The position numbers and the translations under genes were made by a program. A model generated the notes under the pieces. That model saw only the letters and a list, made by a program, of their open reading frames with translations. It had not been told where the DNA came from and did not search any database. 43,548 bases of DNA from Chrysochromulina tobinii (lineage: Eukaryota). Below are positions 1 to 10,487 of this stretch, one piece after another. How positions within the stretch are numbered: position 1 is the first letter of the stretch; each line of letters begins with the position of its first letter. The stretch spans positions 1-43,548 of the forward strand of contig JWZX01003002.1 of assembly GCA_001275005.1 (NCBI GenBank), given 5' to 3'.

Positions 1-14
1 TTGCGACGCCATTC

Positions 15-2135
15 ATGCTCGATCAACATTGGCAGCTTCTTGTGCGGCCGCTGGCGCCCGACGCATCAGATCGGAAAGCTGATCATGGTCACCGTATCTT
101 CTTTCACCTCAAAAGCGATCGCAGCTCGCTGTCCGCCAGCATACCAACAATCCTACTCGCCCTCGAGCGAGGATGGTCGCGTTCCATACTGGGCGAGGCT
201 GTGGTCCTCAACGGGAGTGGCGCGATAGCGGCGACCACGGTGGGCTGGCGCGGCGGGGATGCCAACGCGTTCGCAGCCGTCGTGGAAGCGAATGACACGC
301 TGCTTGAGGCCCTCCAGCCCGACGCTAGCCTGTGTGAGATTCAAGGCGCCACGAGGCACTACCTCAACAAGTCCTTCCCGCGTGGCGCGCACATGGCCCT
401 GGGGCTCTCGTGGTGCGCTGCGGCCATCGCGCGGCACGAGGCCGCCCACGGCCAGAGATTCGGGCTGGTTGCATACGCACGCCCGGACCAGTTCTTTGCT
501 GGCCCCGTGACGCCGTGGTGCCGCTGGCCGTCCGCGACGACGGCGCTCGCATGCCACGCCCCTGGGTCTGATGGCTTCTGGGCAGCTCCGCGCGATCTCG
601 CCGCTCAGATCTTCGGGATGATTGAAGCGCTGGCAGCGTGCCAGCCCGGACAGGCGCATCTGGGGTCCTATCAGTGCACGCACGGACCCACCCAAGTCAA
701 AGCATTCATGCCGATCAATTGCCACATCAAGAATGGACGTCGTCTGGCCACTGCGCTGCGGCCCGCGTGCTGCGGTGAGAGCAACGAGGCGCTCTTGGCG
801 AGAGTGCTGCACCGACCGACGCCAGTCCCGATTGCGAGCAACGGCGGCTGCAATACGCTCTTCCCTCTCCTCAACTTCAAACTTGTCCGGCTGAGCGGCG
901 ACGCACCGTGCAGCGTACTCCCGAGCAGTTTCTGGAGAGGACTCTATGGCGGTCACGTATGGGCCAAGCGAATCTTAGCAGGCTCGGGCTTTGCGCAGGC
1001 TATGGAGGGGGCGAAGCAGTTGCGGCACATCTTCCTCGACGCTGTGGGCACGCCCGGCAATTTGACGGTCGGAGAACTTGACGCCACCCATAGCGGTCCA
1101 GGATCGAGGCCGCTGACGTCGTGGACGGAAGGCCATTTGGCCAAGATCGAGGCGGCCGCGATTGAGGAATGCAGGAAGGCACTCAAGCCCCTCGACGCGA
1201 CGTGGGCAACGACGACGTGGGCAACACGGACGTGGGCTCCTCTCGTGCCCAATCAGGTGCTCAACGGCACTGGAAGGCGACTTGCCGATGTGCCGCCAGC
1301 GCCCGACTCGCCGCTCAACGGGATGCTCTCCGCGACCATCGACGTGGCGAGGCTGCGTGCGAACGGGACGCTGCCCATACCGCCGGGTACGACGGAGATC
1401 ATCATGGAGATTGGAGCCAACACGCGTAACACAGCCGACCTGGAGCTGTTGCCGCACCGTCCGGGAGCCTATTTGATCTCCTTCGAGCCCTTGCTCGATA
1501 AGTACGGCACTCTCCTCTCTCGCAACAGCATGCACGACCATCGCTCCCCTCTCGGCCACCACCATAAGCGAGGGCTGGTGCTGCCCTTCGCGGTGGCCAA
1601 GAGGGATGGCTTTGCCACGTTCCACCTGGACGGGACGGTGGATGGGTGCGCGTCGCTCCTGAACGCGACAGGGCGGCGAAGCATCCATGGCTGCGCCTCG
1701 ACCGGGAGCGGCGACAGGGAGGAACGACGGGTACCCACCGTCTCGCTGCGGACCGTGCTCGGCAGGTGGCTTGCCTGGGAGGAGGGTGGCGGCTGGCCGG
1801 TGGCCTACCTGAAGATCGATTCGCAGGGCATGGACGTGCAGGTGCTCGAGTCCGCAGGTGAGCTCATGGGCCGCATCCAGCAAGTGGAGATGGAGGTGGT
1901 GCGCGACACATGCCCAAGGATGTATGAGGCCGCTCCCAGCTGCTCTGAGTCGGTGGAAGCGATGGCCCGGTTTGGATTCACAGCCGAGAAGACGTGCGCG
2001 AGCGCCAGATTTCCGGGAGCGAAGCAGCACGGCCGTGATCGGATCGGGTGCGAGGACGACTTCATCTTCAGCAGAAACGGCCACGGTCGCAAAGACCAAA
2101 TAGCGACCGGGGTCACGGTCAGACACGGTCGCTAA
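15..2135 (+). CDS. Two-domain protein: N-terminal putative glycan-modifying domain plus C-terminal FkbM (Methyltransf_21)-family methyltransferase; possibly 5'-truncated by the window edge
   Basis: 706-aa ORF. The C-terminal half has IMEIGAN, SFEP, VPTVSL, YLKIDSQGMDVQVLES and VEMEV motifs typical of FkbM. The N-terminal half has YARPD...SDGF. The frame is open back to the window start. Confidence 0.7.
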   Translation: MLDQHWQLLVRPLAPDASDRKADHGHRIFFHLKSDRSSLSASIPTILLALERGWSRSILGEAVVLNGSGAIAATTVGWRGGDANAFAAVVEANDTLLEALQPDASLCEIQGATRHYLNKSFPRGAHMALGLSWCAAAIARHEAAHGQRFGLVAYARPDQFFAGPVTPWCRWPSATTALACHAPGSDGFWAAPRDLAAQIFGMIEALAACQPGQAHLGSYQCTHGPTQVKAFMPINCHIKNGRRLATALRPACCGESNEALLARVLHRPTPVPIASNGGCNTLFPLLNFKLVRLSGDAPCSVLPSSFWRGLYGGHVWAKRILAGSGFAQAMEGAKQLRHIFLDAVGTPGNLTVGELDATHSGPGSRPLTSWTEGHLAKIEAAAIEECRKALKPLDATWATTTWATRTWAPLVPNQVLNGTGRRLADVPPAPDSPLNGMLSATIDVARLRANGTLPIPPGTTEIIMEIGANTRNTADLELLPHRPGAYLISFEPLLDKYGTLLSRNSMHDHRSPLGHHHKRGLVLPFAVAKRDGFATFHLDGTVDGCASLLNATGRRSIHGCASTGSGDREERRVPTVSLRTVLGRWLAWEEGGGWPVAYLKIDSQGMDVQVLESAGELMGRIQQVEMEVVRDTCPRMYEAAPSCSESVEAMARFGFTAEKTCASARFPGAKQHGRDRIGCEDDFIFSRNGHGRKDQIATGVTVRHGR

Positions 2136-3124
2136 TTCAAGCACATGAAGCGTTTGATTCGAAGTGTCAATTGTACATCGTACATAGGAAGTTCCTACAA
2201 GGTAGGGTAGCACATCAAGCCCGGTTCATCAGTTACGACAGTGACCATTAAACCACTCGCGGAGTGAACTCGAGGTCATATGCAAACTCGAGATCTCGAT
2301 ATGATAGTGGGGCGCGCATTCGGCCCAGCGAATCTGGTTCATTCTGCCCCCTGAGGCGAAGTGGCTGCTCGCGTCACCCGTAGGCGCGGCGGCGCTGCTG
2401 CGCTTCGTCGGGCGGGCGGGCGTGCCTCGCATGGGCCACGGCATAGTTCTTGGGACTCCCGGGCGCCATCCCGGGCGCACGCTACACCCTCCCACAGCAG
2501 CGCTCTCGCTTCCTATTGGATCGGCAGCAGGCGGCGGCAGCGCTGGCGGCGGCGGTACACGGGGTGGTGCTGGTCGCGCCAGAGGAAACGGCTCTGCTGC
2601 CCTCGACCGTCGACGCGTCCCTCGATCCCACTCGACTGAGGTGCTTCGCCGACTTCTCCACGCCACCTGGCACCTCCGACCTCGCCTGCGGAGGCGGCGC
2701 AAGGCGGTCGGCGGGGACGGCGACCCGCGCACCCGGTCGTGGCTCGCGCGTCGGCCGGGAAGGCGAAATGAAAGGCGAACACCAAGCAACACGCAACCCC
2801 CTGTACTAGTAATCTGAAGTACAAGAACAAGTAGTTCACCGAAAGACACGGTCCGCGCTGACGGAACACACCCATGAACACACCTGATGTGACAAGATGC
2901 ATCGCATGCAACCTAGAAACAACCACACACACATCGCATGGACTGCGCAGGGGGGCATCGGCTGCCGTGCTTTCCCAGCGTGAAGTCCGTGAAGTTTTGC
3001 ACTGAGACCCTAGAATGACGAACCTTGCCTTTCGAGCCGCTCGTGCCTCCTTTAAGTGCCTCCGAACAGGCAGACTGATTGTATGACGTTATGGTTGAAT
3101 CAATCGGCACGATGGTTGAGTCGG

Positions 3125-6100
3125 TCAGCGCAGGTTCGCAAGCATCGAGGCAAGACCCACGTGGACAGGAAAGTCGGTGCGACTGAAGCCGGCGTGTGTG
3201 CGTGAGAGTTCGACAACGCCCGGTGGAACGTCCAGGTCGGGGATCCCCGCGATCGGGTGCCCCTGGAAATAGCCGAGCAGCACGCGAGCGACGGCGAGGT
3301 CGCAAACGACGACGGCGTCGCGGCGAGACGCTTCGATAGTCAGCAAGACCGCCCGGATCTGCACGATCAGGTCGTAATATGACTGGCCACCCACGCCAGG
3401 GTACCGATAGTTAAGCCGGTCGGCCTCGCGCAGCTCATACTCTTCCGGAAAGAAGTCACGCAGCCGGCCGCCCTGAAGCCCCTCGAGAGAGCCGAAGCAC
3501 AGCTCGTTGAGGTTGCGCGACTCATGCACGGGCAGGTTGCGCGCGCGACTCCGCAGAGAGCTTCGCGAGGGTATCGAAGAGGCTGTCGAGGCGGCCGCAT
3601 TCTCCTCCGCCGTCTTCTTGACCGCCTCGGCCTCGGCAACTACGGCCGCTGTGCGAGCAGCTTCTTCGACGGAAGGAAGCTCCAGCTCCAGCACCATGGG
3701 CTTCTCCGCCGCGCGCTGCATCTCTTCCTTGATGCGGGCCATCACCGCAGGGCGCGACACGCCCTCCATCGGCTCGCCTGCGACGCTGACGACCTTGCTG
3801 CCGACCACCACGCCTTGATGCTCAGCCTGCGAGCCCGGACTCACATTGAAGATGGTGACGTAACCGTCAACCTGGCCGAACGCCATCCCCAGAGGGCCGG
3901 GACCGAAGGTGACCGTGAGTCGAAGGCGAGTCATCGCAGCAGGCGCCTCTGAAGGTGCTGCGGTCTCCACAGGCTCTTGCTTTGTGCTCTCAAACGGCGA
4001 GGCGATCGCTGCCACGAGCCCGCCAAAGAACGACGAACGCCTCTCCGCCACCTTCTCGGCCGCCGCCTTCTCGGCCGCCGCCTTCTCGGCCGCTTCCTTC
4101 TCGGCCGCCGCCTTCTCAGCGGCCACTTTCTTCTCGGCCGCTTCCTTCTCGGCCGCCGCCTTCTCGGCCGCCGCCTTCGCGGCCGCCGCCTTCTCCTCCG
4201 CCGCCTTCTCGGCCGCGATCCGCGCTTCCTCCTCGGCCTTCACCGCCTTGGCCGCCGCCTCCGCCTCAGCCACGGCAACTACAGCCGCTGTACGAGCAGC
4301 CGCCTTGGCCGCCGCCTCCGCCTCGGCCTCGGCAACTACGGCCGCTGTGCGAGCAGCTTCTTCGACCGACGGAAGCTCCAGCTCCAACACCATGGGCTTC
4401 TCTGCCGCGCGCTGCATCTCTTCCTTGATGCGGGCCATCACCGCAGGGCGCGGCACGCCCTCCATCGACTCGCCTGCGACGCTGACGACCTTGCTGCCGA
4501 CCACCACGCCTTGATGTTCAGCCTGCGAGCCCGGACTCACTTTGAGAATGGTAGCGTGACCGACCACGTGGTCAAACACCATCCCAAGAGGGCCGGGGCC
4601 AAAAGTGACCGTGCGCCGCACGCGAGCCGGCATAGCCTTCTTCTTCTCAGCCTCCTCACGCTTCTTCTTCTCAGTCTTTCGCTCAAAGGAGAGCTGTCGC
4701 GCGGCGCCGAAGAACGTGCGTCGCTCGGTCTCCGCTTGTGGGAGCCCTGCAGAGTCAGCCGCCGGCGACTCAGCCGATGCTGGATCGGTCCGCCATGGAG
4801 GTGCGCGCGTACGAGGAGATGATGCCGGTGGAGGGGATGGAGGGGGTGACGCCGAGCGGGAGCCCGGGGGAGGGGATGGAGGGGGTGATTGGTGCGCAAT
4901 CAGATCGCTGCTTGAGCCGGTCAAGTCGAACGCGCGCACAATGGCCTCGCGGAGGATCTCGGCCATCTGGCCGTACCGCAGCAGTGTGCCCGTCATCACG
5001 ACCGGCGGCTCGCGCGTCGTGTCGAGCCGACTCATGAGCGTCTCAACGGCCGCCTTGCCGAAGGTTAGACCCGCCTCTGAAAGCCTCGAGTCACCGCCCC
5101 TTATCTGCTCGGCGTCGTTGCAAGACTGGCCGCACAAGACAATGTGCACGCGGCGCGGCGAGAGGTGGATGCTGTGCATGAGCTGTACCACCCAACGGCA
5201 CACAAACGAGTCACCATCGCACCGTGAGACGACGACCTTCTTGCCCGCATCCACGATCTTCATGTAGCGCAGCGGTGGCAGCTCAGGCGTGGCGTCGATG
5301 GCGTCGGCCTCTGCGTCTGAGATCGGTTCGTACACCTTCTCGTACGCGTGCACGCGCCCCATGAAGTCATCGCGGGCCGCTTGCCGCTCGGCGTCTGTCG
5401 TCGCCTTCTTGTAATCATCATTCGTCAGCTTCAGTTCGTAATTCGCGCGAAGGATGCTCTCGTCGTTACACTCGGACTCGAGAAAGATGAGCGTGACCGC
5501 GGGCGTGGCCTTTGCGCATCGCTCGATCACCGCGCGCCGGCGCGCAACCGTGGTATTGGTCGCGTCGAAGAGGCCGCATGCGAGGCCCCGCTGCGCGGAA
5601 AGCCAATTCAACATATCCGTCAGCGTTTCCATGGCCATCTGTTCCTTTTGCTCCTGCGCCGACTTATTGTTCGGGTCGAAGAAGCTCGCGTCCGCACCCG
5701 CCTTGCCCTTATCGCGCCGTTTGTTGCCCGCGTTGAACAGCTTGCATGCCACGCCGAGAAAGATGAGGTAGCGCAGGATCGCCTTCGAGATGAAGCTCTT
5801 GCCGCGAGCCGGCAGACCCACCATTGCGATCACGATACGTTCGCTCACGGCCTCGTCGTCGGTCACTGGGTTCGAGTAGGTCATTTTGCGTGTCCGCTTA
5901 TGCAGCAGCGCCCTGTGTGCAAAGCGGGCGGTCGCGACTGCCATGCCGCTCACTGTAGTTGCAATGAGCCCTTCAGAGCTCTGCCGTCGGTGGCCCTTTG
6001 CGCTGGTCCCCCGGAGGCCCTTGCGCCGCACGTGGACCAGACGGTAATAACAATACATGAGCCCAGCGCCGGCGGCGCCGAGTGCGACCATCGTTCGCCC

Positions 6101-6145
6101 TCGAGATGCGAGCGACATCCATGTGAGCGGCTGTATCGTCATCAT
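3125..6145 (-). CDS. 6-phosphofructo-2-kinase with degenerate fructose-2,6-bisphosphatase domain interrupted by two PDZ-like domains and an A/E/K-rich helix
   Basis: Kinase motifs [25 protein letters not shown] and FLESEC. Phosphatase-fold remnants [17 protein letters not shown] and [11 protein letters not shown]. First ATG of the long ORF is at 6145. Confidence 0.9.
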   Translation of the reverse strand: MMTIQPLTWMSLASRGRTMVALGAAGAGLMYCYYRLVHVRRKGLRGTSAKGHRRQSSEGLIATTVSGMAVATARFAHRALLHKRTRKMTYSNPVTDDEAVSERIVIAMVGLPARGKSFISKAILRYLIFLGVACKLFNAGNKRRDKGKAGADASFFDPNNKSAQEQKEQMAMETLTDMLNWLSAQRGLACGLFDATNTTVARRRAVIERCAKATPAVTLIFLESECNDESILRANYELKLTNDDYKKATTDAERQAARDDFMGRVHAYEKVYEPISDAEADAIDATPELPPLRYMKIVDAGKKVVVSRCDGDSFVCRWVVQLMHSIHLSPRRVHIVLCGQSCNDAEQIRGGDSRLSEAGLTFGKAAVETLMSRLDTTREPPVVMTGTLLRYGQMAEILREAIVRAFDLTGSSSDLIAHQSPPPSPPPGSRSASPPPSPPPASSPRTRAPPWRTDPASAESPAADSAGLPQAETERRTFFGAARQLSFERKTEKKKREEAEKKKAMPARVRRTVTFGPGPLGMVFDHVVGHATILKVSPGSQAEHQGVVVGSKVVSVAGESMEGVPRPAVMARIKEEMQRAAEKPMVLELELPSVEEAARTAAVVAEAEAEAAAKAAARTAAVVAVAEAEAAAKAVKAEEEARIAAEKAAEEKAAAAKAAAEKAAAEKEAAEKKVAAEKAAAEKEAAEKAAAEKAAAEKVAERRSSFFGGLVAAIASPFESTKQEPVETAAPSEAPAAMTRLRLTVTFGPGPLGMAFGQVDGYVTIFNVSPGSQAEHQGVVVGSKVVSVAGEPMEGVSRPAVMARIKEEMQRAAEKPMVLELELPSVEEAARTAAVVAEAEAVKKTAEENAAASTASSIPSRSSLRSRARNLPVHESRNLNELCFGSLEGLQGGRLRDFFPEEYELREADRLNYRYPGVGGQSYYDLIVQIRAVLLTIEASRRDAVVVCDLAVARVLLGYFQGHPIAGIPDLDVPPGVVELSRTHAGFSRTDFPVHVGLASMLANLR
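3625..4613 (-). repeat. Internal direct duplication of ~290 bp (3625-3917 and 4321-4613, offset 696) encoding the two PDZ-like domains, with 15-nt KAAAE repeats (~4050-4215) between
   Basis: Near-identical nucleotide copies; both encode [10 protein letters not shown]...[24 protein letters not shown]...LELELPS. Confidence 0.9.
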
Positions 6146-6276
6146 TTTCCTCCACGCCGGAGCGCTTTCTTTCGTTTCTCGGCAGCGATCTCGCACGAAA
6201 TCTCAAAATCGAACTCGGAGGTCGAGCGTGTTGTTCGCGACGATTGCTTTCTCACCACCCCAAAGCTGCTGCAGCA

Positions 6277-6425
6277 GCTGCTGTTCAACACAACGCGCAT
6301 AACCTCCGGATCCCCAAGCACGAGGGCCTCAATCGCTATGCCCAATGGACGGAGGTGTGGCCGATGCTGCTGCTGCTGTTGATCAACACAACGCGCACTT
6401 CTCCGGACCCCCAAGCACGGGGGCC
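6277..6425. repeat. Imperfect direct repeat of ~52 bp (6277-6328 and ~6372-6425) in the divergent PFK2/DXR intergenic region
   Basis: gctgctgtt..caacacaacgcgca..ctccgga.ccccaagcacg.gggcc occurs twice. Confidence 0.7.
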
Positions 6426-6684
6426 GCTACGTAGATGTAGATCAGGCATTTCTTAGTGAGAGACCGCCGGGCCAAACTGGGAGAGGGCGTTGCAAACAGA
6501 ACATGATGATCGCAATTGCTGGAACCGTTTCTGTGTCACCTGACCTCTCGGGTCGATTCGTACTGCGGCGCTAATGTAGCGCGCCCTCGTGGGGCGTGAT
6601 ATGTCCATTGTCAAAAGGCGAGCGAAGGGCGTGGTTTTGAGATTGCGTATCTCGTCTCGTGAAATTGCGGATCGAATCGTGAAA

Positions 6685-8091
6685 ATGTCGCAGTTCTTTC
6701 TCCTTCTCGTGATTCCGTCTGCTTTGGCGTACGCCCTCGGCGGGCATGCCGGGTCGTCGTGCGTGCGCCGCGCGGCATCGGCATCGATGCTTGATCCGGC
6801 GGCGCCTGTGCTCACCGGCGCTGACCTGCGCGACTCACTGGCGCGAGCGCTCGACAAGAGCCCGAAGAAGTACATCGCGCTGCTTGGCTCGACGGGCTCG
6901 ATCGGCACCCAGACGCTCGACATCTGCCGCGAGTACCCCGAATACTTTGAGGTCATCTCGATCTCGGCGGGCTCCAACGTCGAGCTCCTCGCCAAACAGT
7001 GCATCGAGTTCCACCCAAAGGTTGTCGGCCTTGCGGCGGCTGAAAAGGAGCAGGAGCTGCGCGATCGGATTCGCGCGGCCGGCGCTCCGATGCCCCAGAT
7101 CGTTGTCGGCCCCGAGGGTCAGACCGCCGTCGCCGTCGCGCCTGGCGCGGACACGGTCGTCACCGGCGTTGTCGGCGTCGCCGGGTTGCTGCCCACGATT
7201 GAGGCCATCAAACTCGGCCGTACGATTGCACTTGCGAACAAGGAGACGCTGATCGCAGGCGGGCCGGTGATCCTGCCGCTCCTCAAGAAGTACGGCGCCA
7301 AGATGACGCCGGCCGACTCCGAGCATTCGGCCATCTTCCAGTGCCTGCAGGGTGTGCCTCCGGGCGCGCTCCGCCGCATCATCCTGACAGCCTCGGGCGG
7401 CGCCTTCCGTGACTTTTCGACTGAGCAGCTGATCGCACTCAACGCGGCGGAGCCCGAGACGGTGCGCAAGAAGGCGTCGACGCACCCCAACTGGGACATG
7501 GGCGCCAAGATCACCGTCGACTCGGCCACCATGATGAACAAGGGGCTCGAAGTGATAGAGGCGCACTATCTCTTCGGCTGCGGCTACGATGACATCGAGA
7601 TTGTAGTGCACCCTCAGTCGATCGTGCATTCGGCGGTGGAGACGTCGGACACGTCGGTGATCGCGCAGCTCGGCTGGCCCGACATGCGCCTTCCCATCCT
7701 CTACTCAATGAGCTGGCCGCACCGGCTCAAGGTTGACTATGGGCGCGGGATCGACGAGAAGTTTGACCTTGTCAAACTCGGATCGATGTCCTTCAAGGCA
7801 CCCGACGTGGTCAAATACCCGTGCATCCCCCTCGCGTACGCGGCCGGCCGGCAGGCGGGCACCATGACCGGCGCACTCAACGCCGCCAATGAGATGGCGA
7901 ATGAGCTCTTCCGTGCTGGCTCGTTCGACTTCTTCGGCATCCCTAAGGTGATCGAGAAGACGATGGAGGCGCACCAGCCCGATTTCCTCCAGAACCCCAC
8001 ACTCGAGGACATCGTGCGCGTCGACGCGTGGGCGCGCGAGCAGGTCAAGGCGGAGGCCAAGCGGCTCGCCAAGACGCCTATCCTGCTGTAG
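6685..8091 (+). CDS. DXR: 1-deoxy-D-xylulose 5-phosphate reductoisomerase (MEP pathway), plastid-targeted
   Basis: [66 protein letters not shown] and LNAANE motifs. N-terminal [16 protein letters not shown] signal peptide followed by an S/A/R-rich transit-like stretch. Confidence 0.97.
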   Translation: MSQFFLLLVIPSALAYALGGHAGSSCVRRAASASMLDPAAPVLTGADLRDSLARALDKSPKKYIALLGSTGSIGTQTLDICREYPEYFEVISISAGSNVELLAKQCIEFHPKVVGLAAAEKEQELRDRIRAAGAPMPQIVVGPEGQTAVAVAPGADTVVTGVVGVAGLLPTIEAIKLGRTIALANKETLIAGGPVILPLLKKYGAKMTPADSEHSAIFQCLQGVPPGALRRIILTASGGAFRDFSTEQLIALNAAEPETVRKKASTHPNWDMGAKITVDSATMMNKGLEVIEAHYLFGCGYDDIEIVVHPQSIVHSAVETSDTSVIAQLGWPDMRLPILYSMSWPHRLKVDYGRGIDEKFDLVKLGSMSFKAPDVVKYPCIPLAYAAGRQAGTMTGALNAANEMANELFRAGSFDFFGIPKVIEKTMEAHQPDFLQNPTLEDIVRVDAWAREQVKAEAKRLAKTPILL

Positions 8092-8580
8092 GTCCGCGCT
8101 CGTATCACAACATACGAGATGGCGAGCTGGCACCGAGTAGACGGTATCATGTCGCTGCGCTGCACAATACTGTGTCGGGCCGCGCCGCACTAAATTCTGA
8201 AAGGTCTTGTACAGCTATTTCCGTTCTACTAAAGTAGTACTCGACGACCTCACATCTCTGTTGGGACCTTGAATGTTGCCCAAAATAGGGGTGTGCGGTG
8301 TCGGGTGGCTAAGTGGTCGCTCCCGGCGTCCACGTCGCTCCGGTCGGTCTATTAAGTCGGACCGCTTTGCGAGATCGCGTGCGCGAGATCGCATACAAAG
8401 TCGCGCGACTTTGCGTGCGGGATCACGTGAAATTCAGAAGGGATAGGGATACTTGTGCTCTCTTGCATGCATGTGGTCAGAAAATTGGTTCTTTCCTTGA
8501 GAAAGAATCAGTTGAACAGACTGGCACTGCGGACGCTTGCATCGCGCTAACATTTGAAAGTCGACAGACAGCAACCGCAA

Positions 8581-9717
8581 ATGCTGGCCACGGAATACGA
8601 CTACCCAGACGTTAGGCTTCCGTGGGACGCCCGCGATACGCATGCTGCCCTTCGTGCGCTCGGCCGCCTGCGTGTCAACGAGCTGCAAAACGGCGCACAT
8701 GCAGGTCTCTACGCGCGCAAGCTCTGCCGTCACATCGGCTACACTGATTTTCGGAATGCGAGCTCGGCAGCAGTGGTCAGTACGGGTGGCTACAACGGGA
8801 CAGGGGGGCAAACGGGTGCCGGAGACCACGCCCCGCCGAAGCTGTATTACAAAGAGCGCCGGCAGTTGCGCGCAGATTGTTTCCTCACGGTCGGCGGCCG
8901 TCGCCCACATATTGACGCTCGCTCAATCACACGAGAGAGGAGCCTCATGGTTCCAGTGAACGGCAAGCTGCTCTCGGTGGATGACATCGTGTACGCATAC
9001 GAGCAGCTGTTTGAGGTGCGCGGCATGCACTCGGATATCACGTTCATGGGCGTTGGGTTGCAGCAGCACCCCCTCGATGCATTCGCAATCGGAGACCTGC
9101 TCTGGCGCGTGCGCCCGCGCCTGCTGATCGAGCTTGGAACCTCCGGCGGCGGCGGCGCCCTCTACTACGCGCGCATCATGCGCGGGTACGATCCTCAGGC
9201 GCACGTGCTCACAATCGACCCTGCGATGAACACGATCCCCCTCGTGAATTGGAATCACAGGGAGATGCGCGCCTTTTGCCCGTGGTGCAAGCCTGCCAAC
9301 TCCACACGCACCTGGCGCCAGGCCGTTACGTACCTACGACACCTGCCCTCCTCGGCCACCGCGTTAGGGATTGCGCGTGCAATGGCGGCGAATGCAACGG
9401 CCGTGGGGCTGCCGGTGCTGGTCGTTGAGGACTCGGACCACGTGTACGAGCACGTGAGGGACAACATCGAAGCGTACGCGTCGTTGGTCAGCCGAGGATC
9501 GTACCTCATTGTACAGGACACGCGCGCCGGCCGATTCCCTGGACCGACCAAGGCGATCGCCGAGTTCCTGCTGCGTCAAAAGGACTTTGAGTCCCGCGGC
9601 GGCGCTTTCGTGCGCGATCGGCGCCCCGAGCACTTTCTCATCTCGCAGCACTCGGGCGGTTTCCTCCGCCGGTTGTGGCCGAACGAACGTCCTGGCGAGT
9701 TTGATGAGGACAAGTAG
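8581..9717 (+). CDS. CmcI (cephalosporin hydroxylase / rhamnosyl O-methyltransferase)-family SAM-dependent methyltransferase
   Basis: TFMGVGLQQHPLD, LLWRVRPRLLIELGTSGGGGA, VLVVEDSDH, GSYLIVQDT, GPTKAIAEFL and HSGGFLRR motifs. Confidence 0.85.
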   Translation: MLATEYDYPDVRLPWDARDTHAALRALGRLRVNELQNGAHAGLYARKLCRHIGYTDFRNASSAAVVSTGGYNGTGGQTGAGDHAPPKLYYKERRQLRADCFLTVGGRRPHIDARSITRERSLMVPVNGKLLSVDDIVYAYEQLFEVRGMHSDITFMGVGLQQHPLDAFAIGDLLWRVRPRLLIELGTSGGGGALYYARIMRGYDPQAHVLTIDPAMNTIPLVNWNHREMRAFCPWCKPANSTRTWRQAVTYLRHLPSSATALGIARAMAANATAVGLPVLVVEDSDHVYEHVRDNIEAYASLVSRGSYLIVQDTRAGRFPGPTKAIAEFLLRQKDFESRGGAFVRDRRPEHFLISQHSGGFLRRLWPNERPGEFDEDK

Positions 9718-9739
9718 AACAAGTTGTTCTACTTGTCCT
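9707..9739. repeat. Perfect 16-bp inverted repeat with 1-nt spacer overlapping the CmcI stop codon
   Basis: aggacaagtagaacaa-g-ttgttctacttgtcct. Confidence 0.9.
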
Positions 9740-10487
9740 ACACCTGTTCTATCACCTGGCAAGTTTGATGGGAGATAAACGGGAGATCTTTAGCCGTCGA
9801 GACGAGTGGCTGCAATTAGGGGTTCTTAGTAGCTACAAATTACGACCCAGGGGTACCGAGCCGGCGGGGCCCTGCGCACTTGCCGAACTCTGAACTGTCA
9901 TCTCTCATGCGGCCGAACTCCGCTCACCATGAAATGGGCTCCTCACCCTCTCGTCTGTCTGTGTGTCTTGACACTCGTGGGATTTGACGTGTCATCTTGT
10001 AGCGCGGTTGTACGGTATGCCGGGCGCTCACCGGGCGCTCTCCCGTCGCGCTTGTCCGTTCGGCGGCTCGCCCTCTCCCCCCTGCCGCTGTCCATCGCCC
10101 ACGCCCCACCCCGCGGGCGGCACCCGCCAGCACCGCGCACCCCCCCCGAGAGCCGAGTTGGCAGTTGCCGCGGACACGCACACGTCCGCGGCATGCCACA
10201 CACCTCACACAGTACCCGAGTTGGCACGCGCCCATAGAGTTGCCCATTTCAGGCGACACACATCCTTCACATCCATGTGGCCACGCCGCACTAACCACGA
10301 GCACACCCACACACAGCCCACACACTGAGCGCGCCCGGCGCCTGTCGTAGGGGCACCGCCCCTCATCCGGCTCGCTCCGAGCGCACCACATGTGCAGCTC
10401 CCTCTCTCTCTCGCTCATGCGTGTGGCTACACCCACAGAGGCTCACATTAGGCTCACAGAGAAAGCTCTCCAGCCCTCTCTCATCCC

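Noticed and set aside
2229..2932. Several overlapping 100-200 aa ORFs in a GC-rich intergenic stretch
   Set aside because: No recognisable domain or consistent splice model; a decayed gene or TE cannot be excluded.
9780..10480. Short ORFs and gccgaactc/ccgagttggca mini-repeats
   Set aside because: No supportable product; may be UTR or an extra EF-hand intron/exon.
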